From contig JAYQIF010000006.1 in NCBI GenBank assembly GCA_038141525.1, positions 28,021 to 92,020 on the forward strand: DNA of 64,000 nucleotides, in the 5' to 3' direction. The position numbers and the translations under genes were made by a program. The stretch comes from Flavobacteriaceae bacterium (lineage in GTDB: Bacteria > Bacteroidota > Bacteroidia > Flavobacteriales > Flavobacteriaceae). The notes below the pieces were generated by a model, which was not told the origin of the DNA, did no database searches, and saw only the letters and a list, made by a program, of their open reading frames with translations. This document shows, piece by piece, positions 53,640-64,000 of this stretch; position 1 is the first letter of the stretch; each line of letters begins with the position of its first letter.

Positions 53640-56198
53640 ATGACTCTACCCATGAAAATACGCGGCATTTTTCTTTTTTTTAGCCTTTTACTCCTGGCGT
53701 GTCAGACGCCTGAGCCTATCGCGCCCAAAGACATAACACACATCATCCCGAAACCTCAGGTCATTTACCCAAGTGGCCAACAGCACTTGGTGGAATCCAA
53801 AATCAGCTGGTCGATTCCCGAGTCTTTTGTGCTGACCAAAACTTTTTTGAGCGATTATTTGACCCCCTATGGATTCGAACTTCAGGAGATTGGTCAGGAT
53901 AGCGCCTCTAAAATCAAATCCGAACAGACCTCAAATTCATCGTTAGTAAATGCAGACGCAAGGGGACACAGGCCTCAATGGGCAATTCTCAATCGACTCG
54001 GCCCTAACACCTGGAGCTTACCGATTAGAAATCGAAAAAGAACATTTGAGCATAAGTGCCGTAGATGATTTAGGAGCCTTTTACGCCGTTCAGTCGTTGC
54101 GTCAGCTCATGCCGGAATATCTCGAGGGAAAAGGGCCTGAGGGATGGGGCTTGACGTCCAAGCCACAGGGCTTTTACCTGCCCACAGGACTCATTAAAGA
54201 TCAACCAAAATTTGCCTACCGCGGCATGCATTTAGATGTCGGACGGCACTTTTTTGGCCCCGATCAGATCAAGCAGTACATCGATTATTTAGCGCTGCTC
54301 AAAATGAACTACTTTCATTGGCACCTCACCGAGGACCAAGGCTGGCGTATCGAAATCAAGTCGTTCCCGAGGCTCACCCAGCACGGAGGAACCCGCCCGG
54401 AAACTCTGGTAGGACATTACTCAGATCAACCACACGCCTTTGACGGAACCCCCTACGGTGGATTCTACACCCAAGACGAGGTCAAAGAAATTGTGGCCTA
54501 TGCGGCCCAGCGGCATATCACCGTGATTCCCGAGATCGAAATGCCGGGTCACGCCCAAGCGGCGATCTCGGCCTATCCAGAACTGGGCTGCACGGGAGAA
54601 GCCATCGACGTGGCCACAAAATGGGGCGTATTTGAGGATATATACTGCGCCAAAAATGAGACCTTTACTTTCTTAGAAACCGTTCTTGAGGAGGTGGTCG
54701 AATTATTTCCAGGACCTTACATCCATATTGGTGGTGACGAAGCCCCCAAAGCCCATTGGGAATCTTGCGCCAACTGTCAACGGGTCATTCAAGAAAATGG
54801 TCTTGCCGACGAACACGAATTACAGAGTTATTTCATCACCCGAATCGAGGCTTTTATCAACAGCAAGGGCAAACAAATCATCGGATGGGATGAGATTCTC
54901 GAAGGGGGGCTTGCCCCCAACGCTACGGTCATGTCTTGGCGAGGGACTCAAGGGGGCATTCAGGCGGCCAAGCAGCATCATAACGTGATTATGACCCCGA
55001 CCTCGCACTGTTATTTTGATTACTACCAAAGTGACCTACCCACAGAGCCACTAGCCATAGGCGGCTATTTGCCCCTCAAAAAAGTATACAGCTACAACCC
55101 CATCCCTCATGAATTAACCCCCGAAGAAGCGACCTATATCTTAGGGGCGCAGGGTAATGTTTGGACGGAGTATATGCCCACTTTCGAACAAGTCCAGTAT
55201 ATGGTATTTCCGCGTATTTTGGCCTTGAGCGAGGTGGTCTGGAATGGGCCCGTTAAGTCTTTAGACCGCGAATATGCTGGCTTTACGCGTCGGGTGGCTT
55301 CGTTTTTTAATCGATTGGACGCTATGGGGGTAAATTATGCCAATCATTTATATGACATTGCCTCGGTTCATCGGGTGGAGTTCGCCAAGGGTTCTAGGGA
55401 TCAAATGAAACAAGAGGGAAAAACACCAAAGGACGGTACAGAGCCACAGCTGGAAGAGCCTAATGAAACGACCCCGGAGCATAACACGGAGCGATCTGAA
55501 CAAGACCAAGATCAGCGAACAACACAGACCACAGGACATACAATAATTAATTATGCCCTGATTAATCCGCTGCCGGATCTCGACATGGAATACCGCCTAA
55601 ATCAAGGGCCCTGGACTCCGTACGGTGGCCCAATTATTATAGAAAAAACTTCTGGAATCGAGGCTAGGCTGCTTCGTGATGGGCAGGCAGTGGGCCGTGT
55701 CATGCGGGATAGTTTGATGCTGCACGCCGCATTAGGGAGCGTGAGCAGTGTGGTTCCTGCGCCGCACTCGAGCTACAATGCGGGGGTATTGCCGCGCTTA
55801 CCAACGGTAAGCGCGGGGACAACAATCGCTATGGTGACAGTGAGTGGCTCGGATTTTGGGGGGAAGACGTCCGTGTTCAGCTCGATCTCAAACAAGCGAC
55901 AAAAGCACGAACGCTCAGCATGCGCTTTTATCACAGTCCCGGCCAATGGATTTACGCCCCTAAATCGATCGTGCTCACCCTGAATTATAACGACGGGAGC
56001 CGCCAAGATTTAGGTCTCCCTATAGAAGTCCCCACCCAAAACGGCCCATACACCCAAAACTGGACCTTACCTGAGTCCAAAGGAAAATCGCTAAGTTCTA
56101 TCGCGATAAACGCAATAAACCACGGAATCATCGCCCAAGGGGCACAAGGCGCCGGTCAAGCTGCTTGGACCTTTATTGACGAAATAATCCTGGAATAA
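53640..56198 (+). CDS. GH20 beta-N-acetylhexosaminidase with a C-terminal accessory domain; frame broken twice in assembly
   Basis: [12 protein letters not shown], the [11 protein letters not shown] catalytic region, and HIGGDE. Junctions are at the G4 run 53962-53965 and the G5 run 55782-55786 (..[34 protein letters not shown]..). Fragments are 53640..54068, 53950..55983 and 55920..56198. Confidence 0.85.
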
Positions 56199-56925
56199 TG
56201 ATAGTCGAGATTTGTGTTCAATCCCTGGAAGGCGCCATAATGGCCAAAGAATGCGGTGCGGACCGCATCGAATTGTGCAGCGCCCTTGAGGTGGGTGGCC
56301 TCACTCCTAATATGGGCCTTTTTACCGAGGTCAAGCGCCAAATTAACATTCCTGTTCACGTACTGATTCGTCCGCGTGTGGGGGCTTTTACTATACTCCG
56401 CAAGAGGCCCAAACCATGATTCAAGACATAAAGTTGTTCTCTGAAGCTGGAGCTGACGGCATCGTTATTGGCGCCCTGAACCCAGATTTTTCTTTGGATA
56501 TACAAACAATGCAAGATCTCATCGCCGCCGCTAAATCCATTAATCCAAAGATGCACATCACAGCGCATCGCGCTTTTGACTGGACTCCTGATCCCATTGC
56601 TGCCGCGCAAATATTAACGGACCTCGGCTGCCAAACCTTGCTGAGTTCTGGGCAGGCGGATAGCGCCGTCCAGGGTCTTGAATTGCTCAAAACCCTCAAT
56701 CAGAGCTATGGCGCCCAACTGACCATAATGCCGGGCTCTGGAATTAATGCACAAAACCGCAAAATATTTGCTCAAGCCGGATTTAAAGCCATTCACGCCT
56801 CCGCTTCCACCATGATTCGAGAAGCGCAGCCGAAAACTAATGTTTCTTTTGAAGAAGCCCGACAGCCGGGTGACAGACGCGCAATCAACCGAAAGAATTT
56901 AAAAAATTTACTTGACCCAAGCTGA
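56198..56925 (+). CDS. cutC: Copper homeostasis protein CutC family; frame broken in assembly
   Basis: [33 protein letters not shown]. The junction is at the G5 run 56380-56384 and restores [22 protein letters not shown]. The start overlaps the hexosaminidase stop. Confidence 0.8.
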
Positions 56926-57408
56926 AAACGGGTGCTCTGTCAGGGCCGCATTGGCGTATTTTCCATCGTGGGTCACTTCTGCACCGAGCCATTTCGGGCT
57001 TGTGAATTCGGCCCCGGCTTCTGGCAATTCGATCTCAGCCACGATCAATCCTTTATTATGCCCTTCAAACACATCGACCTCAAAAACATACTCATCCGAA
57101 GGTACCAAGTATCTTGTCTTCTCGATAGGATAATGCAGACACAAGCCCAACAATTGCTCTGCCTCCTGAAAATCAATGGCCTGTTCCCACTCGACGCGGC
57201 TTAATCCATTATCTGTACTTTGGCCTTTGATGGTTAAATACGCCTTTCGCTCACCTGAATCCAAATCATTGGAAAGCCGCACACGCACCACACGCCATGG
57301 GTCCGTGCTCAAATACCCTTGACGCAATTGGATACTCCTATGAGCCTGCGCCATAAAAGCCTCGCTCAAAACCAAAAATTTACGTTCAATTTCTAAAGAG
57401 AGTCCCAT
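56908..57408 (-). CDS. CYTH-domain protein (CyaB/ThTPase-like triphosphate tunnel enzyme)
   Basis: N-terminal LEIERKFLV (ExExK) signature. 166 aa. Confidence 0.8.
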   Translation of the reverse strand: MGLSLEIERKFLVLSEAFMAQAHRSIQLRQGYLSTDPWRVVRVRLSNDLDSGERKAYLTIKGQSTDNGLSRVEWEQAIDFQEAEQLLGLCLHYPIEKTRYLVPSDEYVFEVDVFEGHNKGLIVAEIELPEAGAEFTSPKWLGAEVTHDGKYANAALTEHPFSAWVK

Positions 57409-57631
57409 GTTGATTGCGGTAAATACTTTTGTCGGCTCCTAAGTTAACAAATCAACCCATATACCCCCGGCAATAACTTTATTCAACGCCCGTAATTTTT
57501 GTTAAACATTTGTTAGCATCGTGCCTTTGTCAAAAATTGGAATGAGTTTTGATTCTATAATAAAAAATAAAACTTCATCGATATAGGAACACCTCTACTT
57601 CATTTTTGTTTCACGTTTAATTCCTTTACCT

Positions 57632-58534
57632 ATGAATGCACTTATTTTTTCTGCTGTTTTAAGCACAGCCGGGTTTTGCCTTGGCTGCGACACGCCAAAT
57701 GATGTTCAACTCTTGAATCAGGTGCAGGTTTCCCACACCTCCACACAGGACCAAAATACCAATCCCTACAGGCAAACGGTGAATTTGTCCCAAGATGTCG
57801 AACGCGCCCGGAGCCACGACTCAGCTCATAAGCCTCCGAGGGTCATGATTTGCGATTTGAGTCCCATCCTAAGCGCGGAAACCTATGCCTACGTTTTGGC
57901 TCCAGGAGGACTATACCTTAGAGCCCACGACAATTTACACAGTGAGCGGTTAACCCTCATGCCTTGGGGGTCAAAGGTTTTGGTCGAGCAAAAGCCCGAA
58001 AACAACACCATGACCGTTTCGGGGATTCCTGGTACGATGTACAGAGTACGCTTTAATGATTTGCAAGGCTATGCCTTTAGCGGATATCTAGGGCCCTATG
58101 CGCCACCGGGCCATAAAATGAATGCGGCTCAGTATACCGCCCATCTCCTGCAGATGCAAGAAAACACCAAAGACAAACTGGGGGTTCCTCAATATACCCG
58201 AACGGTCTCCGAGGATTTAACAACGCCTTCTGTGAGTGAATCCTTGATGTTGCCTGGAATGAATCTGAATCAAGCCTACCTGGTAGCTCAGAGGCTCTTC
58301 GGGATTCCAGAGGATTTAAAATGTCCTGCGGTAAACGGGCCAGAGAACGCAGTATATCCCGACAAAAAACCTAAAAAGGGTATTTGGAAAAGCGAACTGG
58401 CCGTTCGTCGCGCCGAAGGGCAAATTCAAGAGATGACCTATGTTTATCGCAGTAAAAACTTCATGAGACGTGTTCACCTGGCCCCCAGAGATAATGGGGT
58501 GCAGATTCAAGCGCACGAAACCAATATTCTTTAG
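57632..58534 (+). CDS. Lipoprotein with a bacterial SH3-like domain, unknown function
   Basis: Signal and lipobox-like STAGFCLG-C. GGLYLRAHDNLHSERLTLMPWGSKVLV and GYAFSGYL resemble SH3b. Confidence 0.5.
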   Translation: MNALIFSAVLSTAGFCLGCDTPNDVQLLNQVQVSHTSTQDQNTNPYRQTVNLSQDVERARSHDSAHKPPRVMICDLSPILSAETYAYVLAPGGLYLRAHDNLHSERLTLMPWGSKVLVEQKPENNTMTVSGIPGTMYRVRFNDLQGYAFSGYLGPYAPPGHKMNAAQYTAHLLQMQENTKDKLGVPQYTRTVSEDLTTPSVSESLMLPGMNLNQAYLVAQRLFGIPEDLKCPAVNGPENAVYPDKKPKKGIWKSELAVRRAEGQIQEMTYVYRSKNFMRRVHLAPRDNGVQIQAHETNIL

Positions 58535-59963
58535 ACCTGTGAAATGCGCAAGTGTTGACCATGCCGCGATCCACAATTGGCATTGCGGCTAGGTTCACCA
58601 AAAAGTCTCCAGTACTGGCATAGCCTTCCTTGACCGCTATTTCGTTGATATCAACGATTGTCTCATCAGTACTTACGTGCTTGTCATAAAAATAAGCCCG
58701 AACACCCCATAGCAGATTCAAACGCGATAGAATGCGGCGATTTGAGGTGAATACTAATATATGTGCCTCTGGGCGCCATGCTGAAATTTGAAAAGCCGTA
58801 TAACCACTATTGGTCAAGGTGCAAATGACCTTTGCATCAATCTCATTGGCAATTTTAGCGGCGTGGTGACAAACGCTTTTTGTGATGTAACGGTTTGTGC
58901 GGATTATTGGGGGTTCGTGAGGTACTTTAATCAGCGAACTACCCTCAACTTTACGACAAATACTGGCCATTGTTTCAATGACTTGAACAGGATATTTCCC
59001 CACACTTGTCTCTCCCGAGAGCATCACTGCATCAGCGCCATCCATAACACTGTTGGCCACATCGTTGACCTCAGCTCTCGAGGGTGTTAACGAGGAAATC
59101 ATGGACTCCATCATTTGTGTAGCAATGATTACAGGAACTCGCGCGCGTTTGGCCGCAAGTACAGTTTCTTTTTGAATCAAAGGCACATCGGCTGCAGGGA
59201 TCTCAACACCAAGATCTCCGCGAGCAACCATCAGTCCGTCGGCGGTTTTGACGATTTCCTCGAGGTTCTTGACCGCCTCGGGTTTCTCGATTTTGGCAAT
59301 AATCGGAATTTTATGATCTGCATTCGCCTGAATTAATTCACTGAGTTCGAGTATGTCCTTTTTGTGACGCACAAACGACAGAGCGATCCAATCTACATCG
59401 AGGCTGATAGCGAACACTGCATCTTCCTTGTCCTTTTCTGTTAAGGCGGGCAGAGAAATCTCTGTGTTGGGTAAGTTCACCCCCTTTTTCGAGCGCAATG
59501 GACCCCCTTGAACCACTTCGGTAAGCACTTTGTCTTTTCCGTTGGTCTCAACGACCTTAAACATCAATTTTCCATCGTCGAGCAAAATATGTTCGCCCGG
59601 TTTAACGTCTTGCGGGAACCGGTCATAATTCATGTATACCTCGGTGCTTGTGCCCTCGAACTTTTTGCCTGTACAAAAGCTGATCTGATCCCCGGGGTGG
59701 ACCACCACCTCTTCTTTCATGGTACCTACACGCAATTTTGGTCCTTGTAGATCTGCTAAAATAGCCACTGAAATACCCGTCTCTTCTTCTAGAGAACGTA
59801 TCATCTCAACGCGTTTTTTTACCTCTGAATAATCGGCATGAGAAAAATTAATTCGAAAAACATTAGCTCCAGCCTCCATCATGCCTTTTAATACAGCTCT
59901 GTCTGCAGTTGCAGGGCCCAATGTGGCAACGATTTTGGTCTTTTTATCTAACATCATGGTCAA
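58531..59963 (-). CDS. pyk: Pyruvate kinase; 3' end frameshifted in assembly
   Basis: TKIVATLGPAT, NFSHA, MVARGDLGVEIP. The ORF's odd tail (..MVNTCAFHRSKEYW..) becomes the canonical ..GMVNTLRISQV-stop (TAA at 58533-58531) if one base is restored near 58550. Confidence 0.9.
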
Positions 59964-60048
59964 TTGTTTAATGCGTTTATATGTTTGATTTTATTATGCT
60001 CAATGATGTAGGTGGACACCACTTCTCTTATGGATTTTATTTGTGCGA

Positions 60049-60447
60049 CTATTGTTTTTTGGTCGCTTCGGCCAGAGTGGCCTCAATTTTTAACAAGTAA
60101 TCGACTTTTTTAAATTCGGGCATCAAATAACTGACACTCGAGTTCTGCACAGCCATCCCCTCGAATAAACCCATTTGCGGTTCCACTGCGATATCCTGGT
60201 CGACATGACCAATATTACTCAACAACAGATGGTCGACTTGATCATGCCGCGAAACATAGCGATATTTTGGATATTGCTGATGTTTGCCTCCTCTTAGCAC
60301 AGACACATCCTCTCGTTCTCGCTTAAGCTGCCACCTGAGGGACTGATTCATCAAAAAAGCCATTTTGAACGGCAACTCACCACAATGTATCGCAAAAAGC
60401 GAAAATTCATCTTCTTCCTCTTCCAGTTGCAGACGATGTACCGCCAT
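60049..60447 (-). CDS. IPExxxVDY-family protein (Bacteroidota-specific, unknown function)
   Basis: C-terminal MPEFKKVDYLLKIE matches the family's (I/M)PExxxVDY motif. 132 aa. Confidence 0.65.
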   Translation of the reverse strand: MAVHRLQLEEEEDEFSLFAIHCGELPFKMAFLMNQSLRWQLKREREDVSVLRGGKHQQYPKYRYVSRHDQVDHLLLSNIGHVDQDIAVEPQMGLFEGMAVQNSSVSYLMPEFKKVDYLLKIEATLAEATKKQ

Positions 60448-60534
60448 AGGCCCAAGTTTTGCTAAAATTAAGAATAGTTTTGACGATAGTTCGCGAATTA
60501 ACTTGAATTTTGTGTTAAACCGAACGAAAACGTT

Positions 60535-61296
60535 TTAGGTGCGGCCAGACGATTCATCGGCAAGCGGAGACATTTCTTCTTGAAGCTTGTAAAAACAACG
60601 TTTGGCGGCTAATTCTTCGGCCTTTTTCTTGGAAGTACTGCGTCCTTTGGCCACGACCTCTTTATCGATATAAAGTTTCACTGCAAAGTGTTTCAAAGCC
60701 TCGACGCCATTGTCTTCGTAGGTTTGAAATTTGAAGTGTTTTTTGTGCTTTTGACACCACTCGATCACCAAACTCTTGTAGCTAATGACCTTCCCCTCGA
60801 GTTTTTCGATATCGACATAAGGTTCGATGACGCGGATTTGCACAAATTTTTGAACCCAAGCATAGCCTCGGTCCAGATAGATTGCCCCAACCAAGGCTTC
60901 AAAGACATTGCCATGTATGTTCTGCCCAAATTGATCGATGGGCACGGTAGTTTTTACCAAAGCAATCAAATCCAAATCACGGCCGAGCTCATTTAAATGC
61001 TCACGACTCACCACTTTAGAGCGCATTTTGGTCAAATAGCCCTCGTTACCCTCCGGCACCATAGTAAATAAATAGGCAGCGATCACCGAGCCGAGCATAG
61101 CGTCGCCCAGAAATTCGAGACGCTCATAATTTTGTGGCTGACCCTCACTGTTTAATGATTGGGTCGATCTGTGGGTAAAGGCTTCGTGGTACCAGTCAAG
61201 ATTTTGTGGGGCGAATCCTAAGATATTTTTTACGGCATTAAAAAACGTTTCCTCTTCTTGCGAACGCGAGGAAAATATGTTTTTTATGGACACCAT
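60535..61296 (-). CDS. rnc: Ribonuclease III
   Basis: ERLEFLGDAMLGSVIA signature and a C-terminal dsRBD (..GRSTSKKKAEELAAK..). Confidence 0.9.
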   Translation of the reverse strand: MVSIKNIFSSRSQEEETFFNAVKNILGFAPQNLDWYHEAFTHRSTQSLNSEGQPQNYERLEFLGDAMLGSVIAAYLFTMVPEGNEGYLTKMRSKVVSREHLNELGRDLDLIALVKTTVPIDQFGQNIHGNVFEALVGAIYLDRGYAWVQKFVQIRVIEPYVDIEKLEGKVISYKSLVIEWCQKHKKHFKFQTYEDNGVEALKHFAVKLYIDKEVVAKGRSTSKKKAEELAAKRCFYKLQEEMSPLADESSGRT

Positions 61297-61302
61297 AAAT
61301 GA

Positions 61303-62557
61303 CTATTCAGTATACTTTTTCAAGAGCACACAAGCGTTGTGTCCACCAAAACCAAAGGTATTGCTCATGGCGTAGGTAATGTCACGCTCTTGAGCTTTAT
61401 TGAGGGTTAAATTAAGGCGTGAATCGATGTTCTCGTCCACAGTAGTATGGTTGATTGTCGGCGGAACCAAACTGTGGTTCATGGCCAAAATCGAGGCGAT
61501 AGCCTCTACAGCACCCGCAGCACCAAGCAAATGGCCGGTCATGGATTTTGTAGAGTTGATATTGATGTTAGGGGCATGATCACCAAACACTTTAACGATG
61601 GCTTTTAATTCAGCAACATCGCCCAGTGGTGTTGAAGTACCGTGGGTATTGATGGCGTCTACTTGCTCAGGACTAATGCCAGCATCACGCAAGACAATTG
61701 AGCATAACGCGCTCGACACCGAGTCCTTCTGGATGTGGTGCCGTCATGTGATGGGCATCACTAGACAACCCTCCACCGACCACTTCGGCGTAAATTTTGG
61801 CGCCTCGGGCCTTGGCGTGCTCGTATTCTTCGAGCACAAGGGCTCCAGCACCTTCGCCTAAGACAAATCCATCACGGGTCGCATCAAAAGGGCGCGAAGC
61901 TGTTTCTGGACTTTCGTTTAGCGTAGAAAGGGCATGCATGGCGTTAAATCCACCCATGCCAGCAATAGCTACGGCCGCTTCGCTTCCTCCGGTCACGATC
62001 ACATCACAATGCCCTAATCTGATATAGTTTAAGGCATCGATAATAGCGTTAGCTGAGGAGGCACAGGCAGAGACCGTCGCATAGTTCGGCCCCATAAATC
62101 CGTACTTGATTGAGATGTTGCCCGGGGCAATATCCGCAATCATTTTAGGTATGAAAAAGGGGTTGAAACGCGGTGTTCCATCCCCTTCTCCATAAGAGAT
62201 CATTTCATTCTGGAATGTTTCTAAGCCCCCAATTCCAGCACCCCAAATCACCCCAACACGAAATTTGTCCAAGTGATCTTGGTCAAAACTTGCATCGGCA
62301 ATCGCCTCGTCGGAAGCGACAATAGCATACTGAGCAAAGCGATCGAGTTTACGGGCTTCTTTGCGATCAAAGTGATCGAGCGGATTGAAATTTTTGAGCT
62401 CACAAGCGAATTTTGTTTTGAACTTTTCAGTATCAAAATACGTAATCGGAGCACTACCGCTTTTCCCATTTTTGAGGCCCTCCCAATACTCAGAAAGGTT
62501 ATTGCCAATGGGCGTCAGTGCACCAAGTCCTGTTACTACAACTCGCTTTAATTCCAT
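61303..62557 (-). CDS. fabF: Beta-ketoacyl-ACP synthase II; frame broken in assembly
   Basis: Active-site region ATVSACASS, plus HGTSTPLGD and GHLLGAAG. ORFs 61685..62557 and 61303..61719 join near 61698 (one extra base), giving ..[16 protein letters not shown].. Confidence 0.9.
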
Positions 62558-62570
62558 AGAGGAATGAGAT

Positions 62571-62804
62571 TTATTTTGCGTTTTCGATGTAGGAAATCGC
62601 TTGACCTACAGTCGCAATATTTTCAGCTTGATCGTCTGGAATTTGAATATCGAATTCTTTTTCGAATTCCATGATCAATTCTACCGTATCTAATGAATCG
62701 GCACCTAAGTCGTTAGTGAAGCTAGCTTCAGTTACAACTTCATTTTCGTCAACACCTAGTTTGTCTACGATAATTGCTTTTACTCTTGATGCAATGTCTG
62801 ACAT
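62571..62804 (-). CDS. acpP: Acyl carrier protein
   Basis: [16 protein letters not shown] phosphopantetheine-attachment motif. 77 aa. Confidence 0.95.
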   Translation of the reverse strand: MSDIASRVKAIIVDKLGVDENEVVTEASFTNDLGADSLDTVELIMEFEKEFDIQIPDDQAENIATVGQAISYIENAK

Positions 62805-62836
62805 AATTGTTAAAATTTAGATTGGTTTACAAGTGG

Positions 62837-62865
62837 CAAAAATAAAACATTTTACTTTATAACAA
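62837..62865 (-). promoter_or_regulatory. Candidate Bacteroidota promoter for acpP-fabF-rnc
   Basis: On the minus strand: TTG (62865-62863), an 18-nt spacer, then TATTTTTG (62844-62837), 32 nt upstream of the acpP ATG. Confidence 0.4.
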
Positions 62866-63062
62866 GGTTTTGGCCTCAAAATGTACCCCCCCTGCGGACA
62901 AATTAAAATGGGGTTGGCAGACGCTCAAGTGCCCCTCTCGGCCTTGGCTTGTTTTGTAGGGGTGGGCCCAAGTGCCCATAAGTCGCATAATTAGCAGCCA
63001 TTATTTTTACTTTACGCAGTTCAAAAGTTAAGTTTCCATTATTTTTGTCTCAAAGCATACTC

Positions 63063-63655
63063 ATGCCCAACGGTCCAAAAAAATCATCGTCTTTGCCTCA
63101 GGCAGCGGATCCAATGCCGAGCAAATTATTTTACAGGCGCGAGCTTGTGCATGGGCCAAAGTCAGCGCAGTTTATTGTAACAACCCGGAGGCGCGGGTCA
63201 TTCAGCGTGCCGAGCGCTTAGGAGTACCTGTTAGACTTTTTGAGAACCCGCAATTAAACGATCCTGAATTGGTTCTGACTTGGCTAGAACAAGACGCTCC
63301 GGACCTCATCGTCCTGGCGGGTTTTCTGAGAAAAATTCCCGAATTTATCGTGGAGACCTTTCCCAATAAAATTGTGAACATCCATCCTGCGCTTTTGCCT
63401 GATTTTGGAGGGAAGGGGATGTACGGCATGCACGTGCACCGAGCCGTAAAGGAAAGCGGGGCACAAAAAACAGGCATTACCATCCATTATGTGAGCGCCG
63501 CCTACGACGAAGGGGGTATTATTTTTCAAGCAGAAACGGCTGTAGCGAGCAATGATCAGCCCGAAGACATTGCCCGAAAAGTTCAAGAGCTCGAGCACGA
63601 GCATTTTGCTCCTGTGGTCCTAAATCTTCTTAAACCCGTGACCCATGGCCAATAA
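63063..63655 (+). CDS. purN: Phosphoribosylglycinamide formyltransferase; frame broken in assembly
   Basis: ATG 63063 (MPNGPKK) is out of frame with the rest of the gene. Adding one A to the A7 run 63077-63083 gives MPNGPKKIIVFASGSGSNAEQI.., continuous with ORF 63269..63655 (NIHPALLP.., ITIHYV). Confidence 0.85.
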
Positions 63656-64000
63656 ACCAAAGTTTTATGCGGTATGGCATGGCAACCCTCCTGGGCTTTA
63701 TACCAATTGGGCGGACTGTCAAAAAGCCATTAAAGGTATCTCTGGGGCGCAGTATAAGTCGTATCCCACGCGTGAGCAGGCTCAGCGGGCTTTAGACGGA
63801 AGCTACAAAGCGGCGGTAGAAGCGGGCAAGAGAGAAAGCGGCCGTGTTCAGGAGGCGGCAAAATGGAGGCCGACAGGGTGCCAAGAGTGGTGGTTTTAAG
63901 GGCAAGAGTGGTCGCAGTAAATCTGAATTAAGCCCCGCCGAACTCAAACGCATTGGCGAGCCCAATTTATACAGTATTGCTGTAGATGCTGCCTCTTCAG
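63645..64000 (+). CDS. rnhA: Ribonuclease HI with an N-terminal RNase H1/viroplasmin hybrid-binding domain; 3' end outside the window, and frame broken in the linker
   Basis: KFYAVWHGNPPGLYTNWADCQKAIKGISGAQYKSYPTREQA is the HBD signature. Another frame from about 63877 reads GAKSGGFKGKSGRSKSELSPAELKRIGEPNLYSIAVDAASS, which is the start of the RNase H core. Confidence 0.7.

Overview
This is a 64-kb chromosomal segment that looks like Bacteroidota, probably Flavobacteriia. The evidence is gldH, two type IX secretion (T9SS) cargo genes with type-A and type-B C-terminal sorting domains, a PorP/SprF gene, an IPExxxVDY-family gene and TAnnTTTG -7 promoter boxes. I saw no rRNA, tRNA, CRISPR array, transposase or integrase. 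About 55 protein genes can be supported.

Most of them are core metabolism and envelope functions:
- pxpC and a GapN-like aldehyde dehydrogenase
- the glpK-glpD-glpF operon
- katG
- scoAB
- PBP1A, gldH and a PSP1/RicT gene
- a GH20 hexosaminidase and cutC
- pyk, rnc, fabF-acpP, purN and rnhA

Three regions stand out:
1. A tight five-gene operon (1228-6653) encodes only exported proteins that I cannot place in any family.
2. A roughly 5.7-kb T9SS type-B adhesin gene has an EPN-type C-type lectin domain and near-identical 234/252-bp tandem repeats arranged in a 1.2-kb higher-order repeat. A cognate PorP/SprF gene follows it.
3. A roughly 1860-aa T9SS type-A thermolysin-family (M4) mosaic protease.

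Two non-coding repeat arrays are unexplained. One is a set of three 30-bp-phased direct repeats at 9463-9536. The other is a CGCGAGGTG-core array at 28669-28893.

An important caveat is that at least 17 genes, including essential ones (fabF, pyk, purN), are broken by single-base frameshifts. Many of these fall in short homopolymers, so the assembly almost certainly carries indel errors. Split ORFs here should not be read as real pseudogenes without checking reads.

All family calls come from motif recognition by eye. No searches were run.
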